This document shows, piece after piece, positions 17,291 through 26,774 of a stretch of 64,000 nucleotides of DNA (positions within the stretch are counted from its first letter, which is position 1; every line of letters starts with the position of its first letter). Below the pieces are notes generated by a model. It made no database searches. It was not told the DNA's origin and worked only from the letters and a program-made list of their open reading frames with translations. The DNA comes from Novosphingobium sp. (GTDB taxonomy: Bacteria > Pseudomonadota > Alphaproteobacteria > Sphingomonadales > Sphingomonadaceae): the NCBI GenBank assembly GCA_051955585.1, contig JBQCGM010000110.1:17495-81494 (forward strand), read 5' to 3'. The position numbers and the translations under genes are program-made.

Positions 17291-18139
17291 ATGCAGCGTT
17301 TCGAAGGCACCAGCAACTACGTCGCCACGGATGACCTCAAGGTCGCGGTCAACGCCGCGGTCCTGCTGCGCCGCCCGCTGCTGGTGAAAGGCGAGCCCGG
17401 GACCGGCAAGACCGTGCTGGCCCACGAGATCTCCAAGGCGGTCGGCGCGCCGCTGATCGAATGGAACGTGAAGTCGACGACCAAGGCCCAGCAGGGCCTC
17501 TATGAATATGACGCGGTCGCCCGCCTGCGCGATGGCCAGCTCGGCGACGAGCGGGTCCACGACATCCGCAACTACATCAAGCGGGGCAAGCTGTGGGACG
17601 CCTTCACCGCGCCGCAGCTGCCGGTCCTGCTGATCGACGAAATCGACAAGGCCGACATCGAGTTTCCCAACGACCTCCTCCAGGAGCTCGATCGGATGAG
17701 CTTCGACGTCTACGAGACCGGCGAGCGGATCGCGGCGAAGGAACGCCCGATCGTGGTCATCACCTCGAACAACGAGAAGGAACTGCCCGACGCCTTCCTG
17801 CGCCGCTGCTTCTTCCACTACATCAAGTTCCCCGACCGCGAGACGATGCAGGCGATCGTCGACGTCCACTTCCCGGGCATCCAAAAGGCGCTCGTCACCA
17901 AGGCGAGGGAAGTGTTCTACCAGGTCCGCGAAGTGCCCGGCCTGAAGAAGAAGCCGTCGACCTCGGAACTGCTCGACTGGCTCAAGCTGCTGCTGAACGA
18001 AGACATGCCGCTCGACGTGCTCCAGGCGCAGGACCCGACCAAGGCGATCCCCCCGCTTCACGGCGCGCTGCTCAAGAACGAGCAGGACATCATGCTGTTC
18101 GAACGCCTGGCCTTCATGGCACGGCGGCAGGGTGCCTGA
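17291..18139 (+). CDS. MoxR-family AAA+ ATPase
   Basis: Walker A GEPGTGKT, Walker B VLLIDEIDKA, ~282 aa. ATG 17291 gives the usual MQRFEG... N-terminus. Confidence 0.85.
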   Translation: MQRFEGTSNYVATDDLKVAVNAAVLLRRPLLVKGEPGTGKTVLAHEISKAVGAPLIEWNVKSTTKAQQGLYEYDAVARLRDGQLGDERVHDIRNYIKRGKLWDAFTAPQLPVLLIDEIDKADIEFPNDLLQELDRMSFDVYETGERIAAKERPIVVITSNNEKELPDAFLRRCFFHYIKFPDRETMQAIVDVHFPGIQKALVTKAREVFYQVREVPGLKKKPSTSELLDWLKLLLNEDMPLDVLQAQDPTKAIPPLHGALLKNEQDIMLFERLAFMARRQGA

Positions 18140-18992
18140 ATCGGGGCGGACCGGCGAAACCCGCTTCGCGACGGTCCGCCGCCGACTAGAGGGTCACGAG
18201 CCACAGCCCGGCTGGCGTTCCTGGCTCTACGAATTTCTGCTGTTCGGCTTCAAGCAGGGTTGGGCCTGCCTGTTCGGCGCCCTCATGCTCGTATTGCTGC
18301 TCGGCACCTACCTGTTCTATCCGCGCAACGCGGCGCTCGCCCGATACGATTTCCTGACAATCGGCGCGATGGCGATTCAGTTGGGGATGATCGCTTTCCG
18401 GCTCGAAACCTGGCGCGAGGCACGGGTCATCCTGGTCTTCCATATCGTCGGCACGGTGATGGAGCTGTTCAAGACGGCGCTTGGATCTTGGGAGTATCCC
18501 GAGGCCAACCTGCTACGGATCGGCGGCGTGCCGCTGTTCTCCGGCTTCATGTACGCCGCAGTCGGTAGTTATCTCGCGCGGATCTGGCGGATTTTCGATT
18601 TCCGCTTCACCTGCTATCCCAACGTCCTGCTCACCCGGGTTCTGGCCGCGGCGATCTATGTCAACTTCTTCGCCCATCATTGGCTGCCCGACGTCCGCCT
18701 CCTCCTCTTTGCAGCCCTTGCGGTCCTGTTCTGGCGGACACGGGTGTGGTTCCGCGTCTGGCGCGAGGATCGTTGGATGCCGCTGATCGTCGGGTTCTTT
18801 CTGGTCTCGCTGTTCATCTGGTTCGCAGAGAACATCGCGACCTTTTCCCAAGCCTGGATCTATCCGAGCCAGCGCCACGGCTGGGCCATGGTCGCTCCGG
18901 AAAAGCTGGGCGCTTGGTATCTGCTGATGTACATTTCTTTTATCCTCGTTGCCTCGCTCAACCGGCCACGAGAGAGGGAGCTCGCTGCATGA
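18132..18992 (+). CDS. DUF817-like polytopic membrane protein
   Basis: ...WLYEFLLFGFKQGWACLFGALMLVLLL... and about 8 TM helices. GTG 18132 overlaps the MoxR stop by 8 nt. Confidence 0.65.
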   Translation: MPESGRTGETRFATVRRRLEGHEPQPGWRSWLYEFLLFGFKQGWACLFGALMLVLLLGTYLFYPRNAALARYDFLTIGAMAIQLGMIAFRLETWREARVILVFHIVGTVMELFKTALGSWEYPEANLLRIGGVPLFSGFMYAAVGSYLARIWRIFDFRFTCYPNVLLTRVLAAAIYVNFFAHHWLPDVRLLLFAALAVLFWRTRVWFRVWREDRWMPLIVGFFLVSLFIWFAENIATFSQAWIYPSQRHGWAMVAPEKLGAWYLLMYISFILVASLNRPRERELAA

Positions 18993-19396
18993 CCCACACC
19001 GGCCAATGCCTCTGCGGACAGGTCCATTTCAGCATCGACGCCGAGCCGCTCGGCGTGCGGGCCTGCTGGTGTCGGGATTGCCAGCGGATCGCAAGTGGAT
19101 CGGCGACGGTCAACGTGCTGTTTCCCGAAGATGCCGTGAGCTTTCAGGGCGAGATGGGCAGGTTCCGCATGGTTGCGGATAGCGGGAATGAGGTCGAGCG
19201 TGGCTTTTGTACCGGTTGCGGTGCGCAGATCTACAGCCGTACGATTCGGCCCAGCGGACTGCCGATCCGCATCCGCGCTGGCGTGCTCGACAATCCCGAA
19301 CTAATCGCGCCCACGGCGATCATCTGGGCGGAGAGCGCGCCTAGCTGGGCGACGCTCGATCCCGGTCTACCGCACTTCCCCAGGGGACCGAAATGA
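18989..19396 (+). CDS. GFA / CENP-V family zinc protein (glutathione-dependent formaldehyde-activating-like)
   Basis: Cys motifs GQCLCGQV, CWCRDCQR and CTGCG. ATGA overlap with the DUF817 gene. Confidence 0.8.
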   Translation: MTHTGQCLCGQVHFSIDAEPLGVRACWCRDCQRIASGSATVNVLFPEDAVSFQGEMGRFRMVADSGNEVERGFCTGCGAQIYSRTIRPSGLPIRIRAGVLDNPELIAPTAIIWAESAPSWATLDPGLPHFPRGPK

Positions 19397-19818
19397 GCGC
19401 TTATGGCGGTCGCTGCGGCTGCGGGCGGGTGACGCTCGAGATTGCGGGAGAGCCGGCGCTTGTCCGTCAGTGCTGGTGCCGGCAATGCCGCCGGATCGCT
19501 GCGGGCAGTCCGGCGAACAATGCTGCCTTTCGCACCGAGGACGTGACCATAGCCGGCGAGCTGGCCAGCCACACTTATGTCGCGGCGAGCGGCAACACCC
19601 TGACCCAGTGGTTCTGCCCGTCTTGCGGCGTCCACCTGACCGCGCAGAGCTCCGCGCGGCCGCACCTGCTGACGGTGCGCTTCGGCGTGCTCGACGAACC
19701 GCACCGGCTCAAACCGGACACGGCGATCTGGACCGACGATGCACCGGATTGGGCGGTCATCGATCCAACGCTGGACCATCATCCGCGGCAGCCCCCACCG
19801 CCGGCTTCGGCGCACTGA
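19393..19818 (+). CDS. GFA / CENP-V family zinc protein (tandem paralogue)
   Basis: Cys motifs GRCGCGRV, CWCRQCRR and CPSCG. ATGA overlap with the preceding GFA gene. Confidence 0.8.
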   Translation: MSAYGGRCGCGRVTLEIAGEPALVRQCWCRQCRRIAAGSPANNAAFRTEDVTIAGELASHTYVAASGNTLTQWFCPSCGVHLTAQSSARPHLLTVRFGVLDEPHRLKPDTAIWTDDAPDWAVIDPTLDHHPRQPPPPASAH

Positions 19819-19821
19819 GGC

Positions 19822-22800
19822 TCAGCGCGCCGGGCCGTCCACCGCCAGGATCCGCACCGGGCCGAGCAGGCCCGAAGGTAGCAGGGGCGAATTCGCCCGA
19901 TAGGTCGATTGCGGGGCGAAGGCGACCGGGGTGGCGCCGGGCTGCTTGTCGCCGATCAGACGGTTGGGCCAGAGGTTGACCACCTTGATCTCCAGCTTGT
20001 TCGCGCCTGGGCGGAGCGCGCCGGTCAAGTTCACCTTGTAAGGCGCATGCCAAGCCGTGCTCACGACCTTGCCGTTGATGCTGACCACGGCGAGTTCCTT
20101 CACCTCGCCCAGGTCGAGCTCGATCCTGCGACCTGAGATCAGCCAGTCGCCGGGCACGTCAAGCGTCTGGGCATAGGTACCGCCACCGGAGAAATAGCGG
20201 ATGCCTGGGTCGGGGGACTCGGGCCAGGAGATCAGCTTGTCGAAGGTCGCATTCGCCGGAGCGCCGCGGCCCGGTTCGAAGCTGACCGTCCAGGGGCCCG
20301 ACAGGGCGCGCAGTTCGGTAGTCTTGCCGGCGAAGACCGTTCGCTGCGGGCTTTCGGCTGCATGGCGGAACACCACGAAGACTGCCTCGTGCGGTTCGAG
20401 CTTCAGCGGCGTGACGACGCGGCTTCCATCCTGGCGGTAGCTCAGCGGTTCGCTCTTGCCGGTTTCGGCGCGCCACAACTCGGGAACCTTGCCGGAGACG
20501 CGGAAGCTGGCCTCAACCGTCTCGGCAATGGGCTGCTGGTTGGAGACGAAGTAGATGTCGGCATCGGCGCTGCGACGATGCAGGGTCAGCAACCGCGAAC
20601 CGGCGCTGGCGCCGGAATAGGTGAAGTCCGGGGTCACGCTCCGTTGGGCTAGAACCGGCGCCAGGTCGGTCGAGCCATAGATCCGGCCCTTTCCGAAAAG
20701 CCGGCCCTGAGCAGTTCCCTTGCCCCAGACCTGATCGGCGATCCTGCGGACCTCGGCGTCGCTGTCGGCCAGGCCGAGCCCGCCGATCGGACGCGGCGCG
20801 ACGACCACCGCACCCGCCGCGACGAGATCCCGCAGCTTGCGCAGGGCCGCGAGCGACCAGCGCGTGACGTGGCTCGGCACGTAGAGGACCCGGTAGTCCA
20901 TCCCGCTTGGCGTCACCAGGCGACCGTCCTTCACGGAGAGCAGCGTCAGCAGCGCCTCGGGATTGATGTAGTCGTAGCGGTAGCCGCTCGGCACGTCGGT
21001 GTTCGGCTTCGTGCGGAACAGCTCGGTCAGGTTGCGTTCCTCGCCGTAGAAATAGGCGACGTCCGCGACGTAGCGGCCTTCCTGCAGCATCTGCGAGGTG
21101 CGCGCGAGGTAGTCGACCCAGGGCTTGGCGTCCTCGGCCCAGGTATCGTTGCGATTGAAGAACTGCCCGAACAGGCCGAGCATCAGGCCGGGCTTCTTGT
21201 CGACCAGCGGCTGATGGTGGCTCTCGTGGTAGATGATCCGGTTGATGCCGTGGGCGAAGATCTCGTCGGCCACCGGCTTGAGCATCCGCGGCGAGAACGA
21301 CCAGGGATCGTAGAGCGCCGCCACGGTCAGCGATTCCGCCGCAGCCAGCGGTTTGCCGTAGACGTGGGCGGCGGACGCAGCCTCCTCCATGTCGGCCTTG
21401 AGCGTATATTGACCCGGCCCGGCGGAGAAGTTGCGATACCAGTATTCCGCCGTCGGGATGTCCGACCGCGCCTTGACGGTCATGCCATCGGCGATCGCGC
21501 GCGGCGTGTCGCCCTGGACCTCGGTGTAATAGACCATGCCGCGGGCGTGGGCCGCCTCGGCCAGGACCTTCTGGTGATTGTCGGCGACCATCTCCTCCAA
21601 GGTGCGGCGGAAATCGACGAGGAAGCGGTCGCTCGCCCCCGCCGAACCGACGACTCGGCCGGCCAGGACCGGCAGGTAAGGCGTGAGGTCGTAGCCGCGG
21701 CGCTTGCGGAATTCCTCGGCGATCCGCGGGGTCCAGTTCTGCACGCCGGCTTCCCAGGAGTCGGTCAGCAGCGTCTGGATGCCCTTCGGCCCGAGCTCGG
21801 CCCCGGTCGCCTCGCGGTACATCGCGAAATAGCGCTCGATATAACGGCGTACGGCGGCCGGATCGAACTTGTCGACCTCCAGGCCGGTCGCCTCGGGCTC
21901 GGCGGGGTTATTGGTGTGGCCGGTCAGCGACCAGCCCAGGCGCAGCACGGTCCAGTCGCCCCTGGGCGGGGTCCAGTCCAGCTTGCCGTCCGGCCGCAGC
22001 CGCGCGGTGAGGTCGATCACGCCCTTGACCGGGATCGCCCCGACGCCGGTCGGCGTGGGATAATCGTCCAGACCCAGGCTGGGCTGGAAGCCGGCCTTGG
22101 CCTCGAACCGATCGACGCGGTTGCCGGTGAGGAACTCGACCTTGGTCAGCTCGATAGTGTTCGCCGGCGGCACCGGCGGGCCCTGCGGTTCCGGACCCAT
22201 CGGTCCCCGGGCGGGCTGTTCGATCGGCCATAGCAGCACGCGGAAGACCGCGGCGCGCGTCGGTTTCACCGCAACGGTCTGCTGGACCAGCGGATGGAAC
22301 AGCTCCGCCGTCGAATCGACCTTGGTGCCGCCGATCTTGCGGAAGGTCCCGCCTTCTTCCGCGTGGACTTCAACCCGGGCACCGGCCGGGAGGCCAAGGC
22401 TTACCGCCGAGAGCTCGACCGGCGCGGCATAGCGGGCCTCGATCCAGGCACCCTCCGCGGCGGCGGGTAGGCGGACCTTGCCCGACCGGTCGCCCGCGGC
22501 GACCGGGGCGTGAGCGACCGCGTTGCTGGCGGTCAGCGTCGGGCGGCCCGCCGCCGCTTCGGCGGCCGGCGTGCGGAAGGCGATGACCCGCGCGTCGCGG
22601 TAGAGCTGCGGTCCCTTGGCACCGCGGCCGCCGATCGGGATCGCCTGGAATGGGCCGCTTACGCCGGGAGGCGTGGCGAGCGTGCCGGTGAAGGGCGCAC
22701 CGCCCCGCACGCGGGTTTCGCTCCAGACGTATTTCTTCATGCCGTCCTCGGCCGGAACCCAGGGGCCGCCGGTGTGGCTCCACCCCGGCGAACCGGCGAT

Positions 22801-23202
22801 GCCGACCTCCATGCCGGTCGGTGCCGCGAACCGCATGGCATCGCGCATCGCCTCCTTCCACTCGGGGCTCATGAAGGTGATGCGCTTGGGCACGACGAGC
22901 GGCGCCTTGATCGACAGTTCGCCGGTAAAGGCGTGAAAGCCCCCGACGCCGACGCGCTGCATCCATTCGAGGTCGAGCTTGGCGCCTTCGCGCGAAACAT
23001 TGCCGCCGATCCAGTGCCACCACACCCTGGGCCGGGCGGCGTTGGGCGGATTGAGAAAGCGTTCGTCGAGCGTCGACCCCGGTGCGGGAGCCTCGGGCAG
23101 CGGCTGCGCGGCCGGCACCGTCTGCGCCGCGGCGAAGCCTCCGCCCAGCATCAGCGCCAGCGCCGCCGTCGTCATGCCCAGCGCGATCGCTCTCGATTTC
23201 AT
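19822..23202 (-). CDS. large secreted glycoside hydrolase, GH106-like (putative alpha-L-rhamnosidase family)
   Basis: ~1126 aa from ATG 23202 (MKSRAIALGMTTAALALMLGGGFAAAQ signal peptide). N-terminal ...FLNPPNAARPRVWWHWIGGNVSREGAKLDLEWMQRVGVGGFH... recalls GH106-type enzymes. The family call is from memory, not a search. Confidence 0.75.
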   Translation of the reverse strand: MKSRAIALGMTTAALALMLGGGFAAAQTVPAAQPLPEAPAPGSTLDERFLNPPNAARPRVWWHWIGGNVSREGAKLDLEWMQRVGVGGFHAFTGELSIKAPLVVPKRITFMSPEWKEAMRDAMRFAAPTGMEVGIAGSPGWSHTGGPWVPAEDGMKKYVWSETRVRGGAPFTGTLATPPGVSGPFQAIPIGGRGAKGPQLYRDARVIAFRTPAAEAAAGRPTLTASNAVAHAPVAAGDRSGKVRLPAAAEGAWIEARYAAPVELSAVSLGLPAGARVEVHAEEGGTFRKIGGTKVDSTAELFHPLVQQTVAVKPTRAAVFRVLLWPIEQPARGPMGPEPQGPPVPPANTIELTKVEFLTGNRVDRFEAKAGFQPSLGLDDYPTPTGVGAIPVKGVIDLTARLRPDGKLDWTPPRGDWTVLRLGWSLTGHTNNPAEPEATGLEVDKFDPAAVRRYIERYFAMYREATGAELGPKGIQTLLTDSWEAGVQNWTPRIAEEFRKRRGYDLTPYLPVLAGRVVGSAGASDRFLVDFRRTLEEMVADNHQKVLAEAAHARGMVYYTEVQGDTPRAIADGMTVKARSDIPTAEYWYRNFSAGPGQYTLKADMEEAASAAHVYGKPLAAAESLTVAALYDPWSFSPRMLKPVADEIFAHGINRIIYHESHHQPLVDKKPGLMLGLFGQFFNRNDTWAEDAKPWVDYLARTSQMLQEGRYVADVAYFYGEERNLTELFRTKPNTDVPSGYRYDYINPEALLTLLSVKDGRLVTPSGMDYRVLYVPSHVTRWSLAALRKLRDLVAAGAVVVAPRPIGGLGLADSDAEVRRIADQVWGKGTAQGRLFGKGRIYGSTDLAPVLAQRSVTPDFTYSGASAGSRLLTLHRRSADADIYFVSNQQPIAETVEASFRVSGKVPELWRAETGKSEPLSYRQDGSRVVTPLKLEPHEAVFVVFRHAAESPQRTVFAGKTTELRALSGPWTVSFEPGRGAPANATFDKLISWPESPDPGIRYFSGGGTYAQTLDVPGDWLISGRRIELDLGEVKELAVVSINGKVVSTAWHAPYKVNLTGALRPGANKLEIKVVNLWPNRLIGDKQPGATPVAFAPQSTYRANSPLLPSGLLGPVRILAVDGPAR

Positions 23203-23376
23203 GCACCCCGTCCTTTCCCGGTCTTTCGCCAGGTCATGCCCATGCGCTGTCAGCTTGCCAAGTCGCTGGCCGCTTCTGCGACATTTTCCTACAAAGCGGA
23301 CTTGCGATAAGGGGGACGGATGATCGCTTCCGCGCCCTCCTTGCCCCGCCGTCATCCGGCCCGAACACCCCATGAT

Positions 23377-23450
23377 CGGAAGGTCACACCCGATCTGCGA
23401 ATGATGGTAAAAAAGGCAATTTTATCAACTTGTTCCGACGGAAGGTCACA
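23377..23450. repeat. 12-nt direct repeat CGGAAGGTCACA x2 flanking an A/T-rich stretch in a divergent promoter region
   Basis: Exact copies at 23377-23388 and 23439-23450, between the GH gene start (23202) and the VWA gene start (23507). Confidence 0.6.
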
Positions 23451-23506
23451 GAGTTTCGGTGGCCTTCCCGCGTCCATTTCCCTGCCGAAGCCGAAAGCCT
23501 GACTCG

Positions 23507-24688
23507 ATGTTCTTCAACTTCATCGACGAGCTTCGCGCCGCCGGCATCCGCACCTCCTTCAAGGAGCATCTCGTCCTGCTCGACGCGCTGGACAAGGAGG
23601 TGATCGAGCAGACGCCGGAGGCCTTCTACTACCTCGCCCGCACTACATTCGTGAAGGACGAGGGCCTGCTCGACCGTTTCGACCAGGTCTTCGCCAAGGT
23701 CTTCAAGGGGATCATGACCGACTACGGCCAGCAGCCCGTCGACATTCCCGAGGAGTGGCTGAAGAAGGTGGCCGAGCGGTTCTTCTCCGAGGAGGAGATG
23801 GAGCAGATCAAGTCGCTCGGCTCGTGGGACGAGATCATGGACACGCTCAAGCAGCGCCTGGAAGAGCAGCAGAAGCGCCACTCGGGCGGCAACAAGTGGA
23901 TCGGCACGAACGGCACCTCGCCGTTCGGTCATTCGGGCTACAACCCGGAAGGCATCCGCATCGGCGGCGAGGGCAAGCATGGCCGCGCGATCAAGGTCTG
24001 GGAAAAGCGCGAGTTCGCCAATCTCGACGCGACCAAGGAGCTGGGCACTCGCAACATCAAGGTCGCCCTGCGCCGCCTGCGCCGCTTCGCCCGCGAAGGC
24101 TCGGCCGACGAACTCGACCTCGAGGGCACGATCGAAGGCACGGCCAAGCAGGGCTGGCTCGACATCCGCATGCGGCCGGAACGTCACAATGCGGTCAAGG
24201 TGCTGCTGTTCCTGGACGTCGGCGGCTCGATGGACCCGCACATCAAGCTGGTCGAGGAACTGTTCAGCGCGGCCACTGCCGAGTTCAAGAACCTGGAATT
24301 CTTCTATTTCCACAACTGCCTCTATGAAGGCCTGTGGAAGGACAACCGCCGCCGCTTCTCCGAGCGCACGAATACCTGGGACGTGCTCCATAAATATGGC
24401 CACGACTACAAGGTGATCTTCGTCGGCGACGCCGCGATGAGCCCCTACGAGATCACACATCCGGGCGGCTCGGTCGAGCATTTCAACGAGGAAGCGGGCT
24501 CGGTCTGGCTCCAGCGGGTCACCAACACCTACCCCGCGACCGTCTGGATCAATCCGACGCCGCAGGAGCAGTGGCAGTTCTCGGCCTCGACCAAGGTCAT
24601 CCGAGACCTGCTCGGCGGATCGATGTATCCGCTGACGCTCGAAGGCCTGGACGATGCGATGCGCGAACTGACGCGGAAGAAGCATTGA
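23507..24688 (+). CDS. VWA domain protein, CoxE-like MoxR partner
   Basis: MFFNFIDELRAAGIRTSFKEHLVLLDAL... N-terminus and a C-terminal VWA domain with MIDAS-like LFLDVGGSMD. Confidence 0.8.
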   Translation: MFFNFIDELRAAGIRTSFKEHLVLLDALDKEVIEQTPEAFYYLARTTFVKDEGLLDRFDQVFAKVFKGIMTDYGQQPVDIPEEWLKKVAERFFSEEEMEQIKSLGSWDEIMDTLKQRLEEQQKRHSGGNKWIGTNGTSPFGHSGYNPEGIRIGGEGKHGRAIKVWEKREFANLDATKELGTRNIKVALRRLRRFAREGSADELDLEGTIEGTAKQGWLDIRMRPERHNAVKVLLFLDVGGSMDPHIKLVEELFSAATAEFKNLEFFYFHNCLYEGLWKDNRRRFSERTNTWDVLHKYGHDYKVIFVGDAAMSPYEITHPGGSVEHFNEEAGSVWLQRVTNTYPATVWINPTPQEQWQFSASTKVIRDLLGGSMYPLTLEGLDDAMRELTRKKH

Positions 24689-24710
24689 GGAGCGCCAGGC
24701 CGCTTCCCAT

Positions 24711-25508
24711 ATGGCCGGAATGACCACCCGCCTCCCCGTTCTCTTCCTGGGCCACGGCTCGCCGATGACCACCATCACCGATGTGCCGGAGCGCCGCTCC
24801 TGGCAGGCGCTGGGCCGCGCCCTGCCCCGGCCTGAGGCGATCCTTGCAATTACGGCGCATTGGGAAACGAAAGGGGCCACGCATCTGACGGCCGGTGTCG
24901 CGCCTCGCACGATCCACGATTTCCGCGGCTTCCCGCAGGAGCTGTTCGACCTCCGGTACCCCGCGCCCGGCTCGCCCGAGCTGGTCGAGCGGGTTGCGGC
25001 GCTGCTCGGACACGACCGGGTGGTGCGCGACGAGACCTGGGGGTTCGATCATGGCGCCTGGGGCGTGGTGCAGCCGATGTACCCGGACGCGGACATCCCG
25101 ATGGTGGCGATGAGCCTGGACCGTGCGCTCTCGCCCGCGCAGCACCTTGCGCTGGGCGAGCGGATTGCCCCCTTGCGCGACAAGGGCGTGCTCATCGTCG
25201 CCAGCGGCAACGTGATCCACAACCTGGCGCTGTGGCGGCAGTCTGCCGGCACCGTGCCGGACTGGGCGGTGGGCTTCCAGGGCCGGATCAACGCCGCGCT
25301 GGTGGCGGGCGACCACGCCGCGCTGCTCGACCTCGAGGCCGAGGACGCGTGCCTTGCGGTCAACAGCGGCGAGCATTACCTGCCGTTGCTCTATGCCGCG
25401 GGCGCACGTCTGCCGGGCGACGCGGTGACGCTGTTCAACGACACGGTCGACGGCGCCCTGTCGATGACCTCGGTGCTGTTCGGGGAGCCGGCTTACGCCC
25501 CCGCGTGA
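24711..25508 (+). CDS. ygiD: 4,5-DOPA dioxygenase extradiol-like class III dioxygenase
   Basis: 265 aa. LPVLFLGHGSPM... and ...GSGNVIHNL... motifs of YgiD/LigB-type enzymes. Confidence 0.85.
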   Translation: MAGMTTRLPVLFLGHGSPMTTITDVPERRSWQALGRALPRPEAILAITAHWETKGATHLTAGVAPRTIHDFRGFPQELFDLRYPAPGSPELVERVAALLGHDRVVRDETWGFDHGAWGVVQPMYPDADIPMVAMSLDRALSPAQHLALGERIAPLRDKGVLIVASGNVIHNLALWRQSAGTVPDWAVGFQGRINAALVAGDHAALLDLEAEDACLAVNSGEHYLPLLYAAGARLPGDAVTLFNDTVDGALSMTSVLFGEPAYAPA

Positions 25509-26764
25509 CGGTCGAGCTCGGCGGGCAAGTGCCGCCGCGCGCGCCACAGGAGCAAGCCGGCGATGAGCGAGACCAGGCCGGCGATGAACAGCACGTAACG
25601 GACGCTGTCGGTGCCGTAGCCGGGCTTGAGCAGGTCGGAGCAATAGCCGAGCAGGACCGGGCCCAGGCCGAGGCCGATCAGGTTCTGCATCAGCAGGATC
25701 GCCGCGCTGGCCACGGCGCGGGTCGCGGGCGGGACCAGGCCCTGGACCGCGCTGTAGTAAGGCGCGACGTAGAGCCAGTTGAGCACGATCGCCGGAAAGA
25801 ACAGCGCCAGCGACAGCCGCCAGTCGCCCACGAGCAGCGCTCCCAGCAAGAAGGGAACCGAGAGCATCTGCGCCAATGCCGGGATCGTCAGCAAGTGCTG
25901 GTTGCCCTGCGCCCGGTGCCGATCGCCGATCTGCCCGCCGAGCCAGACGCCGAGCATCGAGCCGATCCCGTTGACCAGGCCGAACCACAGGCCGGTCTCG
26001 GCCGGGGTCAGGCCGTGGCTCCGCTGGAAGAAGATCGTCGTCCAGATCAGCACGCCGTAGGTGGCGAAGGAGGCGAAGCCAGCCGTGGTCAGCAGCAGGC
26101 GCATCGCCCTGGAAGCCAGGATCTGGCTCAATGCCTGGCCCAGCGGCAGAGGCGCCATGTGCGAGCCGGCTTTGCCGCCATGCCGCGGATCGCGCAGCAG
26201 CAACAGGACCACCAGCGCGAGGACCACGCCGGGCAGGCCGACCACGACGAAGGCCCAGCGCCAGCCCAGCGTGGTCGCCATGAAGCCGCCCGCGACCATG
26301 CCGATCAGCCCGCCGATCGGCGGCCCGAGCTGGTAGAGCGCGAAGGCCCTCGCGCGTTGTTCGGGGGCGGCGATGTCGGTGATCAGCGAGTGCGCCGGCG
26401 GCGTGCCCCCCGCCTCGCCCGCGCCGACGAAGACCCGGGCGATCGCCAGCTGGAGGAAGCTGCGCGCTCCGCCGCAGGCCGCGGTCGCCAGCGACCAGAT
26501 AGCCACCGCAACCGCGATCAGCTTGACCCGGTCGGTCCGCGGCCGATCCGCGAGGCGCGCGATCGGCAGGCCCAGGGTCGAATAGAACAGCGCGAAGGAC
26601 AGCCCGGTCAGCACGCCGATCTGGGTGTCGCTGAGGCCGAGGTCGCGGGCGATCGGCTCGGCCAGGATCGTCACGATCTGGCGGTCGAGGAAGTTGAACA
26701 CGTAGACGACGAGCAGCACGCCCAGCGTCAGGCTCAATCCGGTCTTCCTCTCCATGCCCCTCAC
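25493..26764 (-). CDS. MFS transporter (Spinster-like)
   Basis: 12-TM pattern. ...YVFNFLDRQIVTILAEPIARDLGLSDTQIGVLTGLSFALFYSTLGLPIARLADR.... Confidence 0.85.
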   Translation of the reverse strand: MRGMERKTGLSLTLGVLLVVYVFNFLDRQIVTILAEPIARDLGLSDTQIGVLTGLSFALFYSTLGLPIARLADRPRTDRVKLIAVAVAIWSLATAACGGARSFLQLAIARVFVGAGEAGGTPPAHSLITDIAAPEQRARAFALYQLGPPIGGLIGMVAGGFMATTLGWRWAFVVVGLPGVVLALVVLLLLRDPRHGGKAGSHMAPLPLGQALSQILASRAMRLLLTTAGFASFATYGVLIWTTIFFQRSHGLTPAETGLWFGLVNGIGSMLGVWLGGQIGDRHRAQGNQHLLTIPALAQMLSVPFLLGALLVGDWRLSLALFFPAIVLNWLYVAPYYSAVQGLVPPATRAVASAAILLMQNLIGLGLGPVLLGYCSDLLKPGYGTDSVRYVLFIAGLVSLIAGLLLWRARRHLPAELDRHAGA

Positions 26765-26774
26765 CCCTTTAATC

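Noticed and set aside
24220-24240. VWA MIDAS motif reading DVGGSM instead of DxSxS, considered as a sign of an inactive metal site.
   Set aside because: I cannot tell without an alignment whether this substitution is the norm in the CoxE-like subfamily. It is mentioned under the MoxR/VWA finding only.
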